From the NCBI RefSeq assembly GCF_003334335.1, contig NZ_QOWQ01000015.1: a DNA stretch of 64,000 nt. One strand, given 5' to 3'. Source of the stretch: Escherichia coli (GTDB lineage Bacteria; Pseudomonadota; Gammaproteobacteria; Enterobacterales; Enterobacteriaceae). Shown here in pieces: positions 20,101 to 33,421 of this stretch. The position numbers were made by a program, and so were the translations under genes. A model generated the notes under the pieces. That model did no database searches. It was given only the letters and a program-made list of their open reading frames with translations, and was not told the DNA's origin. Position 1 is the stretch's first letter. Each line of letters opens with the position of its first letter.

Positions 20101-20400
20101 TAATCGGACTCCATAAAATATATTTTAATCAATTGTAATGGTGGAGCGATTAAGTGATGAGAGGCGATATGTCGGTAAACAATGACAATTTGAGACAGAG
20201 TGAAAGGTCAGATTTGCGGAGTAATGCACATAATGGTTATTTAAATAAACCACATGAATCATTAATGGGTTATTCATTATTTTTGTGATTTACTCACAAT
20301 GTATCAGGGAAATATAACTTACCGGGAGATGTAATATGTTTAATTTTTCAAATCGAAATTTAAAATATTGTGCCGGAGGCATCTCTGGCACATTGGGCAA

Positions 20401-20715
20401 TTACGGCAGGTAAAACACTTCTTGCAGCTCGCTACTCACCGGGCTGTTATCCGGGTTAGCGGGCATAACATCGGTCATATATTTCCACCAACGTTGGCAA
20501 ACATCAGTGCTGGCAACCGCATTCCAGCGTTCTTCAGATTCAATCTCTACCATGGCAAACAGCAGATTACGCGCTTTGTCGAGATAGATGGCGTAGTTAT
20601 GCGCACCGTGAGATTTCAGCACTGCTTCCAGTTCTGGCCAGATGGGATTATGCCGACGCTGATACTCTTCGTGGGCGTCGGGGTTTACCTGCATGACAAA
20701 GGCTTTGCGGATCAT
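20401..20715 (-). CDS. rhaM: L-rhamnose mutarotase
   Basis: ORF track, 104 aa, [30 protein letters not shown]…. Confidence 0.93.
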
Positions 20716-20724
20716 GTTTGCTCC

Positions 20725-21549
20725 TTACAGCGCCAGCGCACTGGCGAGTGGCGTAACGCCGAAACGCTTGCCGAGCGCTATCAACTCTTCACGGCTGATG
20801 GTCTGTTTCATGCCGCCCATCGAATAAACCTTCACTAATACTTGTGCTGATTTTTCTGCGGTGTCGATTAAACCGAAGGTTTCATCCAGCGTCGGTCCGC
20901 TGCCGAAGACGCCGTGGAAGGGCCACAACACCAGCGAATGTTTTTGCATCTCTTGTGCGGTCGCCTGGCCGATTTCGTCCGTGCCGGGCACCATCCACGG
21001 CAAAATGCCAACGCCATCCGGGAATACCACCAGACACTCGGTGCTGCCTTCCCACAGTTGGCGAGTGAAGACCGCGGTGTCGTTTTCAAGTACATAGGTG
21101 AGGGCGATCAGGTTGGTGGCGTGGCAGTGCATGATCACCCGATCTTTGCCGTTGGTGGCTTTAATGCGCTCGCAGTGGGAAAGGAAGTGAGCCGGAAGTT
21201 CGGAAGTGGGGACGGCTTCGTTGGTTAACCCCCAAAGAATGTGGTAGCCCGCGCCGTCGCTGTCGACTTTTACGATGCCTAAGTTAGCCGCAGGATCAAG
21301 CTGGACGTTACGGAAGAATTTGCCCGAGCCGGTGACAATAAACGGTGTATTTGCCAGTAAAGGCATGGGCTGGCTGAGCGGGATATAGCGCGGTTGTTGG
21401 TGGAAATTGTCGTGATATGGTGCGATATCGGCGTCATCCAGGCGTAGCGTCAGGTTGCCGCCGTTGCGCTCATCCCAGCCTTTCAGCCAGGCGTCGGTGG
21501 TGGCTTTGATCATTCCCTGGACAAACCAGGACTGAGTAATGTTTTGCAT
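20725..21549 (-). CDS. rhaD: Rhamnulose-1-phosphate aldolase (class II)
   Basis: ORF track 20725..21720 is an upstream read-through; true start at internal ATG (plus CAT 21547-21549) giving 274 aa, [18 protein letters not shown]…. Confidence 0.93.
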
Positions 21550-21574
21550 GTTCTGTGTTCCTGTAAATTCGGTG

Positions 21575-21812
21575 TTGTCGGATGCACGACCCGTAGGCCG
21601 GATAAGGCGCTCGCGCCGCATCCGGCAATCAATGCCTGATGCGACGCTGTCGCGTCTTATCAGGCCTACAACTATTGCCGACCTGTAGGCCGGATAAGGC
21701 ACTTGTGCCGCATCCGGCAATCAATGCCTGATGCGACGCTGTCGCGTCTTATCAGGCCTACAACTGTTGCCGACCCGTAGGCCGGATAAGGCGCTCGCGC
21801 CGCATCCGGCAG
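21575..21812. repeat. Tandem REP/BIME array (about 2.5 copies of a roughly 92-bp unit) between rhaD and rhaA
   Basis: Unit ccgtaggccggataaggcgctcgcgccgcatccggcaatcaatgcctgatgcgacgctgtcgcgtcttatcaggcctacaact recurs starting near 21591, 21683 and 21775. Confidence 0.9.
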
Positions 21813-21815
21813 TGT

Positions 21816-24828
<3,013 letters not shown>

Positions 24829-25665
24829 ATGACCGTATTACATAGTGTGGATTTTTTTCCGTCTGGTAACGCGTCCGTGGCGATAGAACCCCGGCTCCCG
24901 CAGGCGGATTTTCCTGAACATCATCATGATTTTCATGAAATTGTGATTGTCGAACATGGCACGGGTATTCATGTGTTTAATGGGCAGCCCTATACCATCA
25001 CCGATGGCACGGTCTGTTTCGTACGCGATCATGATCGGCATCTGTATGAACATACCGATAATCTGTGTCTGACCAATGTGCTGTATCGCTCGCCGGATCG
25101 ATTTCAGTTTCTCGCCGGGCTGAATCAGTTGCTGCCACAAGAGCTGGATGGGCAGTATCCGTCTCACTGGCGCGTTAACCACAGCGTATTGCAGCAGGTG
25201 CGACAGCTGGTTGCACAGATGGAACAGCAGGAAGGGGAAAATGATTTACCCTCGACCGCCAGTCGCGAGATCTTGTTTATGCAATTACTGCTCTTGCTGT
25301 GTAAAAGCAGTTTGCAGGAGAACCTGGAAAACAGCGCATCACGTCTCAACTTGCTTCTGGCCTGGCTGGAGGACCATTTTGCCGATGAGGTGAATTGGGA
25401 TGCCGTGGCGGATCAATTTTCTCTTTCACTGCGTACGCTACATCGGCAGCTTAAGCAGCAAACGGGACTGACGCCTCAGCGATACCTGAACCGCCTGCGA
25501 CTGATGAAAGCCCGACATCTGCTACGCCACAGCGAGGCCAGCGTTACTGACATCGCCTATCGCTGTGGATTCAGCGACAGTAACCACTTTTCGACGCTTT
25601 TTCGCCGAGAGTTTAACTGGTCACCGCGTGATATTCGCCAGGGACGGGATGGCTTTCTGCAATAA
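24829..25665 (+). CDS. rhaS: AraC-family activator of rhaBAD and rhaT
   Basis: ORF track, 278 aa; cupin N-domain and C-terminal AraC HTH. Confidence 0.95.
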   Translation: MTVLHSVDFFPSGNASVAIEPRLPQADFPEHHHDFHEIVIVEHGTGIHVFNGQPYTITDGTVCFVRDHDRHLYEHTDNLCLTNVLYRSPDRFQFLAGLNQLLPQELDGQYPSHWRVNHSVLQQVRQLVAQMEQQEGENDLPSTASREILFMQLLLLLCKSSLQENLENSASRLNLLLAWLEDHFADEVNWDAVADQFSLSLRTLHRQLKQQTGLTPQRYLNRLRLMKARHLLRHSEASVTDIAYRCGFSDSNHFSTLFRREFNWSPRDIRQGRDGFLQ

Positions 25666-25738
25666 CGCGAATCTTCTCAACGTATTTGTACGCCATATTG
25701 CGAATAATCAACTTCGTTCTCTGGCCGAGGTAGCCACG

Positions 25739-26587
25739 GTGGCGCATCAGTTAAAACTTCTCAAAGATGATTTTTTTGCCAGCGACCAGCAGGCAGTCGC
25801 TGTGGCTGACCGTTATCCGCAAGATGTCTTTGCTGAACATACACATGATTTTTGTGAGCTGGTGATTGTCTGGCGCGGTAATGGCCTGCATGTACTCAAC
25901 GATCGCCCTTATCGCATTACCCGTGGCGATCTCTTTTACATTCATGCTGACGATAAACACTCCTACGCTTCCGTTAACGATCTGGTTTTGCAGAATATTA
26001 TTTATTGCCCGGAGCGTCTGAAGCTGAATCTTGACTGGCAGGGGGCGATTCCGGGATTTAACGCCAGCGCAGGGCAACCACACTGGCGCTTAGGTAGCAT
26101 GGGGATGGCGCAGGCGCGGCAGGTTATCGGTCAGCTTGAGCATGAAAGTAGTCAGCATGTGCCGTTTGCTAACGAAATGGCTGAGTTGCTGTTCGGGCAG
26201 TTGGTGATGTTGCTGAATCGCCATCGTTACACCAGTGATTCGTTGCCGCCAACATCCAGCGAAACGTTGCTGGATAAGCTGATTACCCGGCTGGCGGCTA
26301 GCCTGAAAAGTCCCTTTGCGCTGGATAAATTTTGTGATGAGGCATCGTGCAGTGAGCGCGTTTTGCGTCAGCAATTTCGCCAGCAGACTGGAATGACCAT
26401 CAATCAATATCTGCGACAGGTCAGAGTGTGTCATGCGCAATATCTTCTCCAGCATAGCCGCCTGTTAATCAGTGATATTTCGACCGAATGTGGCTTTGAA
26501 GATAGTAACTATTTTTCGGTGGTGTTTACCCGGGAAACCGGGATGACGCCCAGCCAGTGGCGTCATCTCAATTCGCAGAAAGATTAA
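25739..26587 (+). CDS. rhaR: AraC-family activator of rhaSR
   Basis: ORF track 25565..26587; start placed at GTG 25739 (282 aa, (M)[19 protein letters not shown]…); an earlier in-frame start is possible. Confidence 0.85.
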   Translation: MAHQLKLLKDDFFASDQQAVAVADRYPQDVFAEHTHDFCELVIVWRGNGLHVLNDRPYRITRGDLFYIHADDKHSYASVNDLVLQNIIYCPERLKLNLDWQGAIPGFNASAGQPHWRLGSMGMAQARQVIGQLEHESSQHVPFANEMAELLFGQLVMLLNRHRYTSDSLPPTSSETLLDKLITRLAASLKSPFALDKFCDEASCSERVLRQQFRQQTGMTINQYLRQVRVCHAQYLLQHSRLLISDISTECGFEDSNYFSVVFTRETGMTPSQWRHLNSQKD

Positions 26588-27618
26588 TTCGCCATGCCGA
26601 TGCCGACGATGTTAGCGGCGACAATAATCACCACACAACCGAGGCTCAACACCGTTACCGGACGGCGTCCTGCATTGTACCACTCTTTCAGCACCAGCCC
26701 GACGATACCGCCGCACAATACATAGAAACTCATATGCAGCATCCAACTGATGTAGTCATACTGCGCCGGAATGCGGGCGTGGCCCCAGGCATAGAAAAAG
26801 AATTGCAGATACCACATCAACCCGCCCAGTGTCGAGAGTAACACATTGTGAATGATCAGCGATTTTGCCAGCGAGAAGTCGGCTTTTAGCGACAAATCCT
26901 TCACTTTTGCCAGACGAATAAAACAGAAACCGAGGTTAATGATCGCGCCGCCGCCCATGATGACAACATAGCTTGGCAGAGCGACATACAGTGGATCGAC
27001 GCCAAGTGCGGCAGCGGCTTCATGCATCGGTTTTGCGGCGTTCATCGCAAAGGACATCCCGGCAGAGAAAATGCCGCACATCACCGCCAGCACCAGCCCT
27101 TTTTTCAGATTGAACTCTTCGGCTTTAATGCCCATCTTGCGCTCTTTCAACTGCCCGGCGCGAGTTACAATCCCTACGCCAATCAGCGCCACCAGAACGC
27201 CGAGCAACGTCATGCGTCCGCCTTCGGTGCTAATCAACACATCGAAATTGCCGTTGATAATTGGCGTCATCAGCGTACCGACAATCAACGTAATGCCAAT
27301 GGCGATGCCAATTCCCATCGACATGCCGAGATAACGCATGGTCAGGCCGTAGTTGATATTACCGATCCCCCACATAGCGCCGAACAGAAAAACAGGCAGT
27401 AGCGTAGAGAGACTAAACGAGCTGTAATACGCCCAGAAATTCGGTAGTAACAGGGCGCTGATGGCCCACGGCAGAATAATCCACGAAACAATCCCACCGA
27501 CTGACCACATGGTTTCCCATGACCATTTTTTTACTTTTTTGAACGGAGCGTAAAAACAGGCTGCACTGGCCGCGCCGATCAAATGCCAAAATATCCCCAT
27601 CGTAATCGCGTTACTCAT
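26584..27618 (-). CDS. rhaT: L-rhamnose:proton symporter
   Basis: ORF track, 344 aa polytopic membrane protein; its stop overlaps the rhaR stop (convergent 4-nt overlap). Confidence 0.95.
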   Translation of the reverse strand: MSNAITMGIFWHLIGAASAACFYAPFKKVKKWSWETMWSVGGIVSWIILPWAISALLLPNFWAYYSSFSLSTLLPVFLFGAMWGIGNINYGLTMRYLGMSMGIGIAIGITLIVGTLMTPIINGNFDVLISTEGGRMTLLGVLVALIGVGIVTRAGQLKERKMGIKAEEFNLKKGLVLAVMCGIFSAGMSFAMNAAKPMHEAAAALGVDPLYVALPSYVVIMGGGAIINLGFCFIRLAKVKDLSLKADFSLAKSLIIHNVLLSTLGGLMWYLQFFFYAWGHARIPAQYDYISWMLHMSFYVLCGGIVGLVLKEWYNAGRRPVTVLSLGCVVIIVAANIVGIGMAN

Positions 27619-27809
27619 CTTCTTATCCTCATCATTTTTCGTCGCGTCACATCTCCGACGAGATGAGTGTAAAAATCGTGCTGTCGATTAACCTTTCGCC
27701 TGTTGCCGCCGTTGTCGATTTACTGGCAATCACGGCATTAAGTGGGTGATTTGCTTCACATCTCGGGCATTTTCCTGCAAAACCATACCCTTACGAAAAG
27801 TACGGCATT

Positions 27810-27831
27810 GATAATCATTTTCAATATCATT
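27810..27831. promoter_or_regulatory. Fur box in the sodA promoter
   Basis: gataatcattttcaatatcatt, a good match to the Fur consensus, about 70 bp upstream of the sodA start. Confidence 0.7.
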
Positions 27832-27902
27832 TAATTAACTATAATGAACCAACTGCTTACGCGGCATTAACAATCGGCCGCCCGACAATACTGGAGATGA
27901 AT

Positions 27903-28523
27903 ATGAGCTATACCCTGCCATCCCTGCCGTATGCTTACGATGCCCTGGAACCGCACTTCGATAAGCAGACCATGGAAATCCACCACACCAAACACCATCA
28001 GACCTACGTAAACAACGCCAACGCGGCGCTGGAAAGCCTGCCAGAATTTGCCAACCTGCCGGTTGAAGAGCTGATCACCAAACTGGACCAGCTGCCAGCA
28101 GACAAGAAAACCGTACTGCGCAACAACGCTGGCGGTCACGCTAACCACAGCCTGTTCTGGAAAGGTCTGAAAAAAGGCACCACCCTGCAGGGTGACCTGA
28201 AAGCGGCTATCGAACGTGACTTCGGCTCCGTTGATAACTTCAAAGCAGAATTTGAAAAAGCGGCAGCTTCCCGCTTTGGTTCCGGCTGGGCATGGCTGGT
28301 GCTGAAAGGCGATAAACTGGCGGTGGTTTCTACTGCTAACCAGGATTCTCCGCTGATGGGTGAAGCTATTTCTGGCGCTTCCGGCTTCCCGATTATGGGC
28401 CTGGATGTGTGGGAACATGCTTACTACCTGAAATTCCAGAACCGCCGTCCGGACTACATTAAAGAGTTCTGGAACGTGGTGAACTGGGACGAAGCAGCGG
28501 CACGTTTTGCGGCGAAAAAATAA
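27903..28523 (+). CDS. sodA: Manganese superoxide dismutase
   Basis: ORF track 27897..28523; [32 protein letters not shown]…; metal ligands and DVWEHAYY motif. Confidence 0.97.
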   Translation: MSYTLPSLPYAYDALEPHFDKQTMEIHHTKHHQTYVNNANAALESLPEFANLPVEELITKLDQLPADKKTVLRNNAGGHANHSLFWKGLKKGTTLQGDLKAAIERDFGSVDNFKAEFEKAAASRFGSGWAWLVLKGDKLAVVSTANQDSPLMGEAISGASGFPIMGLDVWEHAYYLKFQNRRPDYIKEFWNVVNWDEAAARFAAKK

Positions 28524-28578
28524 TCATTTGCCGCCTGCTGCAATGAGGCGTATAGGCCGCATATCAGCTTAAAAAATG

Positions 28579-28607
28579 AACCATCGCCAACGGCGGTGGT
28601 TTTTTTG
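28579..28607 (+). terminator. Rho-independent terminator of sodA
   Basis: ccatcgcc-aacg-ggcggtgg hairpin followed by TTTTTTT. Confidence 0.8.
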
Positions 28608-28642
28608 TGATCAATTCCAAAATAAAAACAATGATCCGATAA

Positions 28643-28662
28643 AAATAAAACAGCGTTTCAAT
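28643..28662. promoter_or_regulatory. KdgR operator upstream of kdgT
   Basis: aataaaacagcgtttcaatt matches the KdgR palindromic consensus (AAAACA…TGTTTCA-like half-sites). Confidence 0.6.
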
Positions 28663-28782
28663 TGATGTGGTTTTGATCACTTTTATTGATTAAATGAATG
28701 TCTATCTTCGTTTCCATCAACACTGATGCTCCATTGAGGAATTACGCATCAGCCCTTAAAAATATGCCGACAGGTGATGGAA

Positions 28783-29766
28783 ATGCAGATAAAACGCTCG
28801 ATTGAGAAAATCCCGGGGGGGATGATGCTCGTCCCGCTATTCCTTGGCGCACTGTGCCACACCTTCTCGCCGGGGGCGGGGAAATATTTTGGATCATTCA
28901 CCAACGGGATGATTACCGGTACGGTGCCCATTCTGGCGGTGTGGTTTTTTTGCATGGGGGCGTCAATAAAATTAAGCGCGACGGGAACGGTACTGCGTAA
29001 ATCCGGTACGCTGGTGGTAACTAAAATTGCCGTCGCGTGGGTGGTTGCGGCAATTGCCTCGCGTATTATTCCGGAACATGGTGTTGAAGTTGGATTCTTT
29101 GCCGGACTTTCAACGCTGGCGCTGGTGGCGGCGATGGATATGACCAATGGCGGACTTTACGCTTCCATCATGCAGCAGTACGGCACAAAAGAAGAAGCTG
29201 GGGCATTTGTGTTGATGTCGTTGGAGTCCGGGCCGCTCATGACGATGATTATTCTGGGCACTGCCGGGATTGCCTCGTTTGAACCGCATGTTTTCGTCGG
29301 CGCAGTATTACCGTTCCTGGTGGGCTTTGCCCTGGGGAACCTTGACCCTGAATTGCGAGAATTTTTCAGCAAAGCGGTGCAAACGCTGATTCCATTCTTT
29401 GCCTTCGCGCTGGGCAATACCATTGATTTGACTGTGATTGCCCAGACTGGTTTGCTGGGGATCCTGTTGGGTGTGGCAGTAATTATCGTGACCGGTATTC
29501 CGTTGATTATCGCCGATAAATTGATTGGCGGTGGCGATGGCACTGCCGGAATTGCCGCTTCCAGTTCCGCAGGGGCCGCGGTAGCGACACCTGTGCTGAT
29601 TGCAGAAATGGTGCCTGCGTTTAAACCGATGGCTCCGGCAGCAACTTCGCTGGTAGCGACGGCGGTCATTGTGACTTCGATTCTGGTGCCAATTCTTACC
29701 TCTATCTGGTCACGTAAAGTCAAAGCCAGAGCAGCGAAAATCGAAATTTTAGGTACGGTGAAATAA
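28783..29766 (+). CDS. kdgT: 2-keto-3-deoxygluconate permease
   Basis: ORF track 28774..29766; start at [13 protein letters not shown]… (327 aa); polytopic. Confidence 0.92.
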
Positions 29767-29914
29767 ACCTGCTTCCTTAATCCCCACAGCCGGATGAACT
29801 AACGTTCGTCCGGTTTGCTATTGAGTTCCTGCCTGGATACTTACCGCGAAAACAGCACGCCTGACATAAAATAAATATGGTCTAATGGGGAAATTTCTCG
29901 TGGAGAGGGAACAG

Positions 29915-30589
29915 ATGCGATATCCGGTTGATGTATACACAGGCAAGATTCAGGCTTATCCCGAAGGCAAACCCAGCGCAATTGCTAAAATCCAGGTTGA
30001 TGGTGAGTTGATGCTGACGGAGCTGGGGCTGGAAGGTGACGAGCAGGCGGAGAAAAAGGTTCACGGCGGGCCAGACAGAGCGCTGTGTCATTATCCTCGT
30101 GAGCATTATCTCTACTGGGCGCGGGAATTTCCGGAACAGGCGGAGTTGTTTGTTGCGCCTGCGTTTGGTGAAAACCTCTCAACCGACGGCCTGACGGAAA
30201 GTAATGTTTATATGGGCGATATTTTCCGCTGGGGAGAGGCATTAATTCAGGTCAGCCAGCCGCGCTCGCCTTGCTATAAACTCAATTACCATTTTGATAT
30301 CAGCGATATAGCGCAGTTGATGCAAAACACAGGTAAGGTGGGGTGGTTGTATAGCGTGATAGCGCCAGGGAAAGTGTCTGCGGACGCGCCGCTGGAGTTG
30401 GTTTCCCGTGTCAGCGATGTGACCGTGCAGGAGGCTGCCGCCATCGCATGGCATATGCCGTTTGATGACGATCAATATCACCGTTTACTCTCCGCTGCCG
30501 GGTTATCGAAAAGCTGGACGCGGACGATGCAAAAGCGCCGACTGAGCGGCAAGATCGAAGATTTTTCCCGCCGGTTGTGGGGAAAATAA
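29915..30589 (+). CDS. yiiM: MOSC-domain protein (molybdenum-cofactor sulfurase C-terminal-like; N-hydroxylated base analogue detoxification)
   Basis: ORF track 29885..30589; start at MRYPVDVYTGKIQ… (224 aa). Confidence 0.88.
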   Translation: MRYPVDVYTGKIQAYPEGKPSAIAKIQVDGELMLTELGLEGDEQAEKKVHGGPDRALCHYPREHYLYWAREFPEQAELFVAPAFGENLSTDGLTESNVYMGDIFRWGEALIQVSQPRSPCYKLNYHFDISDIAQLMQNTGKVGWLYSVIAPGKVSADAPLELVSRVSDVTVQEAAAIAWHMPFDDDQYHRLLSAAGLSKSWTRTMQKRRLSGKIEDFSRRLWGK

Positions 30590-30598
30590 CCCCCGGAG

Positions 30599-30685
30599 TG
30601 TAGGCCTGATAAGACGCTATCAGCGTCGCATCAGGCATCCTGCTCAAATGCCGGATGCGGCGTAAACGCCTTATCCTGCCTGCAA
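30599..30685. repeat. REP pair (BIME) between yiiM and cpxA
   Basis: gtaggcctgataagacgctatcagcgtcgcatcaggca … tgccggatgcggcgtaaacgccttatcctgcctgca. Confidence 0.85.
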
Positions 30686-30694
30686 ATGCGAAGT

Positions 30695-32068
30695 TTAACT
30701 CCGCTTATACAGCGGCAACCAAATCACCAGCCGTAAACCGCCCAGCGGGCTGTCTTCTGCCTTCACCCAGCCACGATGCTGCTGAATGGCGGTTTCAACA
30801 ATCGCCAGCCCCAAACCTGTACCGCCAGATTCACGATCGCGTGCTTCATCGGTACGATAGAACGGACGGAAAATCTGTTCGCGATCTTCCGGGCTAACGC
30901 CAGGACCATCGTCGTCCACCGTAATGGTGATACCGTCTTTATCTACCGCAAAGCCCACTTCAATCTTCGTATGGGAATAACGCAGAGCATTACGAACAAT
31001 GTTTTCCAGCGCACTTTCCAGGGCGTTCGGATTGCCGTACAGCGGCCACGGCCCAGGCGGGAAGTTAACTGTCAACGACTTGCCCATTTGCTCGGCTTCG
31101 AACGCCGCGTTATCCAGCACTTCACTCCACAACTGGTTGGCTTTGATGGTTTCGCTAACCAGCGCGTTTTTTTGCTGATTACGTGACATCACCAACAGAT
31201 CGTTGATCATGCTGTCCAGACGTTGCGCTTCGGTTTCAATACGCTCCAGTTCCTTGCTTTCACCGCTACGACGGCGCAGTAACGCCGTACCCAGTTGCAG
31301 ACGCGTCAGCGGGGTGCGCAGCTCGTGAGAGATATCAGAAAGCAGACGCTGCTGAGAGGTCATCATGCGCTCCAGCGCGGTGACCATCTGGTTAAAACTG
31401 GCACCTGCGGCAAGGAATTCCTGTGGCCCCGCTTCCAGTTCCGGGTGCTGGCGTAAGTTTCCCTGGGCAACTTCATCGGCAGCGTTTTTCAGCTTACGCG
31501 CCGGTTTTGCCAGACTCCAGGCCAACCACAACAGCAGCGGCGTACTGACCAACATGGTGACAATCAGCAGTAATAGCGGGCGGTCAAACAGTAAGTTAAT
31601 GAAATCGGATTGAGAACTGCTGGCCGGACGAATCAGATAAAGTTGGTAATTATCTTCGCCATCACGCACGGAGAACGGACCGACCAGTTCCACGCGGCCA
31701 TACTTTTTCTTCTGCGGATGATCGGCGTTATCGGCCTGACCAATAAAGTTACGAATGATCTGCATTTCGCTGCGTTCAGCGCCGATCACGCGGCCTTCGG
31801 TGGTCACCAATAACAAACGCTGTCCTGGCGGTGCCCACTTATCAATCGCCCGGAACAGACGCCGCCACCACATTAAATCGTTGGGCGGATCGTTCGCCAG
31901 CTCCGCTTCGACATGCTGCTCAATCATCAGCCCCTGACGCTGTTCGCTATCCAGAAGCTCGGTCATCTGGCGTGAATCGAGCTTGGGTAACATCAAAACC
32001 AACATCAACACCAGCGCCAGCGTCAGCCAGAAGATGGCGAAGATGCGCGCGGTTAAGCTGCCTATCAT
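30695..32068 (-). CDS. cpxA: Envelope-stress sensor histidine kinase CpxA
   Basis: ORF track, 457 aa; HAMP, H-box (SHELRTPL) and HATPase motifs. Confidence 0.96.
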   Translation of the reverse strand: MIGSLTARIFAIFWLTLALVLMLVLMLPKLDSRQMTELLDSEQRQGLMIEQHVEAELANDPPNDLMWWRRLFRAIDKWAPPGQRLLLVTTEGRVIGAERSEMQIIRNFIGQADNADHPQKKKYGRVELVGPFSVRDGEDNYQLYLIRPASSSQSDFINLLFDRPLLLLIVTMLVSTPLLLWLAWSLAKPARKLKNAADEVAQGNLRQHPELEAGPQEFLAAGASFNQMVTALERMMTSQQRLLSDISHELRTPLTRLQLGTALLRRRSGESKELERIETEAQRLDSMINDLLVMSRNQQKNALVSETIKANQLWSEVLDNAAFEAEQMGKSLTVNFPPGPWPLYGNPNALESALENIVRNALRYSHTKIEVGFAVDKDGITITVDDDGPGVSPEDREQIFRPFYRTDEARDRESGGTGLGLAIVETAIQQHRGWVKAEDSPLGGLRLVIWLPLYKRS

Positions 32069-32763
32069 GAAGCAGAAACCATCAGATAGCCGCGACCACG
32101 CAAGGTTTTAAACCACGGGTGACCATCTTTACGATCCGGCAGTTTACGACGCAGGTTGGAAATGTGCATATCAATAGCGCGGTCGAAAGGCGTCAGGCGT
32201 TTGCCCAACACTTCCTGGCTTAAATGTTCACGGGAAACCACCTGACCCAGATGCTGTGCCAGCAAATAGAGCAGGGTAAACTCAGTACCGGTTAACTCCA
32301 GCGTTTGCCCGTCGAAGCTGGCTTCCTGACGGCCTGGATTCAGCACTAAGGCATCAACTTCCAGTGTCGGTGAACCGTTGTCGTTGTTTTGCTGTTGCTC
32401 GCTCCAGTGCGAACGGCGCAGGATCGCGCGAATACGTGCCACCAGCTCACGATCATTAAACGGTTTCGGGAGATAGTCATCTGCGCCCAGCTCAAGGCCG
32501 AGAACGCGATCAAGTTCACTGCCGCGCGCCGTCAACATAATGACAGGCGTCTGGTGTGTCTGGCGAAGTGCTTTTAATGTGTCGATACCATTTTTCTTCG
32601 GCATCATTACGTCAAGCAAAAGTAAATCAATGCTGTCGTCCAGAAGATCAAGCGCCTGTTCCCCATCGTGGGCAACAATCACGTTGAAGCCTTCCATCTC
32701 GAGCAGCTCCTTTAATAGGGAAGTCAGCTCTCGGTCATCATCAACTAACAGGATTTTATTCAT
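32065..32763 (-). CDS. cpxR: OmpR-family response regulator CpxR
   Basis: ORF track, 232 aa, MNKILLVDDDRELTSLLKELL…; ATGA overlap with cpxA. Confidence 0.96.
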   Translation of the reverse strand: MNKILLVDDDRELTSLLKELLEMEGFNVIVAHDGEQALDLLDDSIDLLLLDVMMPKKNGIDTLKALRQTHQTPVIMLTARGSELDRVLGLELGADDYLPKPFNDRELVARIRAILRRSHWSEQQQNNDNGSPTLEVDALVLNPGRQEASFDGQTLELTGTEFTLLYLLAQHLGQVVSREHLSQEVLGKRLTPFDRAIDMHISNLRRKLPDRKDGHPWFKTLRGRGYLMVSAS

Positions 32764-32818
32764 TGTTTAAATACCTCCGAGGCAGAAATTACGTCATCAG
32801 ACGTCGCTAATCCATGAC

Positions 32819-32833
32819 TTTACGTTGTTTTAC
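32819..32833 (-). promoter_or_regulatory. CpxR-P binding box (GTAAA-N5-GTAAA) in the divergent cpxR/cpxP promoter region
   Basis: Plus strand TTTACgttgtTTTAC, i.e. GTAAAacaacGTAAA on the minus strand; further GTAAA at about 32866. Confidence 0.7.
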
Positions 32834-32912
32834 ACCCCCTGACGCATGTTTGCAGCCTGAATCGTAAACTCTCTATCGTTGAATCGCGACAGAAAGATTT
32901 TGGGAGCAAATG

Positions 32913-33413
32913 ATGCGCATAGTTACCGCTGCCGTCATGGCCTCAACGCTGGCAGTCAGTTCATTAAGCCACGCTGCTGAAGTCGGTTCAGGCGATAACT
33001 GGCATCCGGGTGAAGAACTTACGCAGCGCAGTACGCAGAGCCATATGTTCGACGGCATAAGTTTAACCGAACATCAGCGTCAGCAGATGCGAGATCTTAT
33101 GCAACAGGCCCGGCACGAACAGCCTCCTGTTAATGTTAGCGAACTGGAGACAATGCATCGCCTTGTCACCGCAGAAAATTTTGATGAAAACGCTGTGCGC
33201 GCACAGGCAGAAAAAATGGCGAATGAGCAAATTGCTCGTCAGGTTGAGATGGCAAAAGTCCGCAACCAAATGTATCGCCTGTTAACGCCGGAGCAGCAAG
33301 CGGTTTTAAACGAGAAACATCAACAACGAATGGAGCAGTTGCGTGACGTGACGCAATGGCAAAAAAGTTCATCGTTGAAGCTATTGAGTAGTAGCAACTC
33401 ACGTTCCCAGTAG
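32913..33413 (+). CDS. cpxP: Periplasmic Cpx-pathway inhibitor/adaptor CpxP
   Basis: ORF track 32910..33413; signal peptide; two LTxxQ motifs ([16 protein letters not shown]). Confidence 0.95.
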
Positions 33414-33421
33414 TAAACCCT

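Noticed and set aside
20725-21720. N-terminally extended versions of rhaD, and likewise of metB (55588), glpX (42801), cdh (36831), pfkA (34549), metJ (55626), priA (53975), kdgT, yiiM and others in the ORF track
   Set aside because: The extensions are read-through into intergenic or REP sequence with no RBS; the internal ATG or GTG with proper context and conserved N-terminus was used instead.
21575-21812. Possibility that the tandem repeats are a CRISPR array
   Set aside because: Units are about 92 bp with internal palindromes matching E. coli REP consensus, with no unique spacers of CRISPR size and no cas genes nearby.
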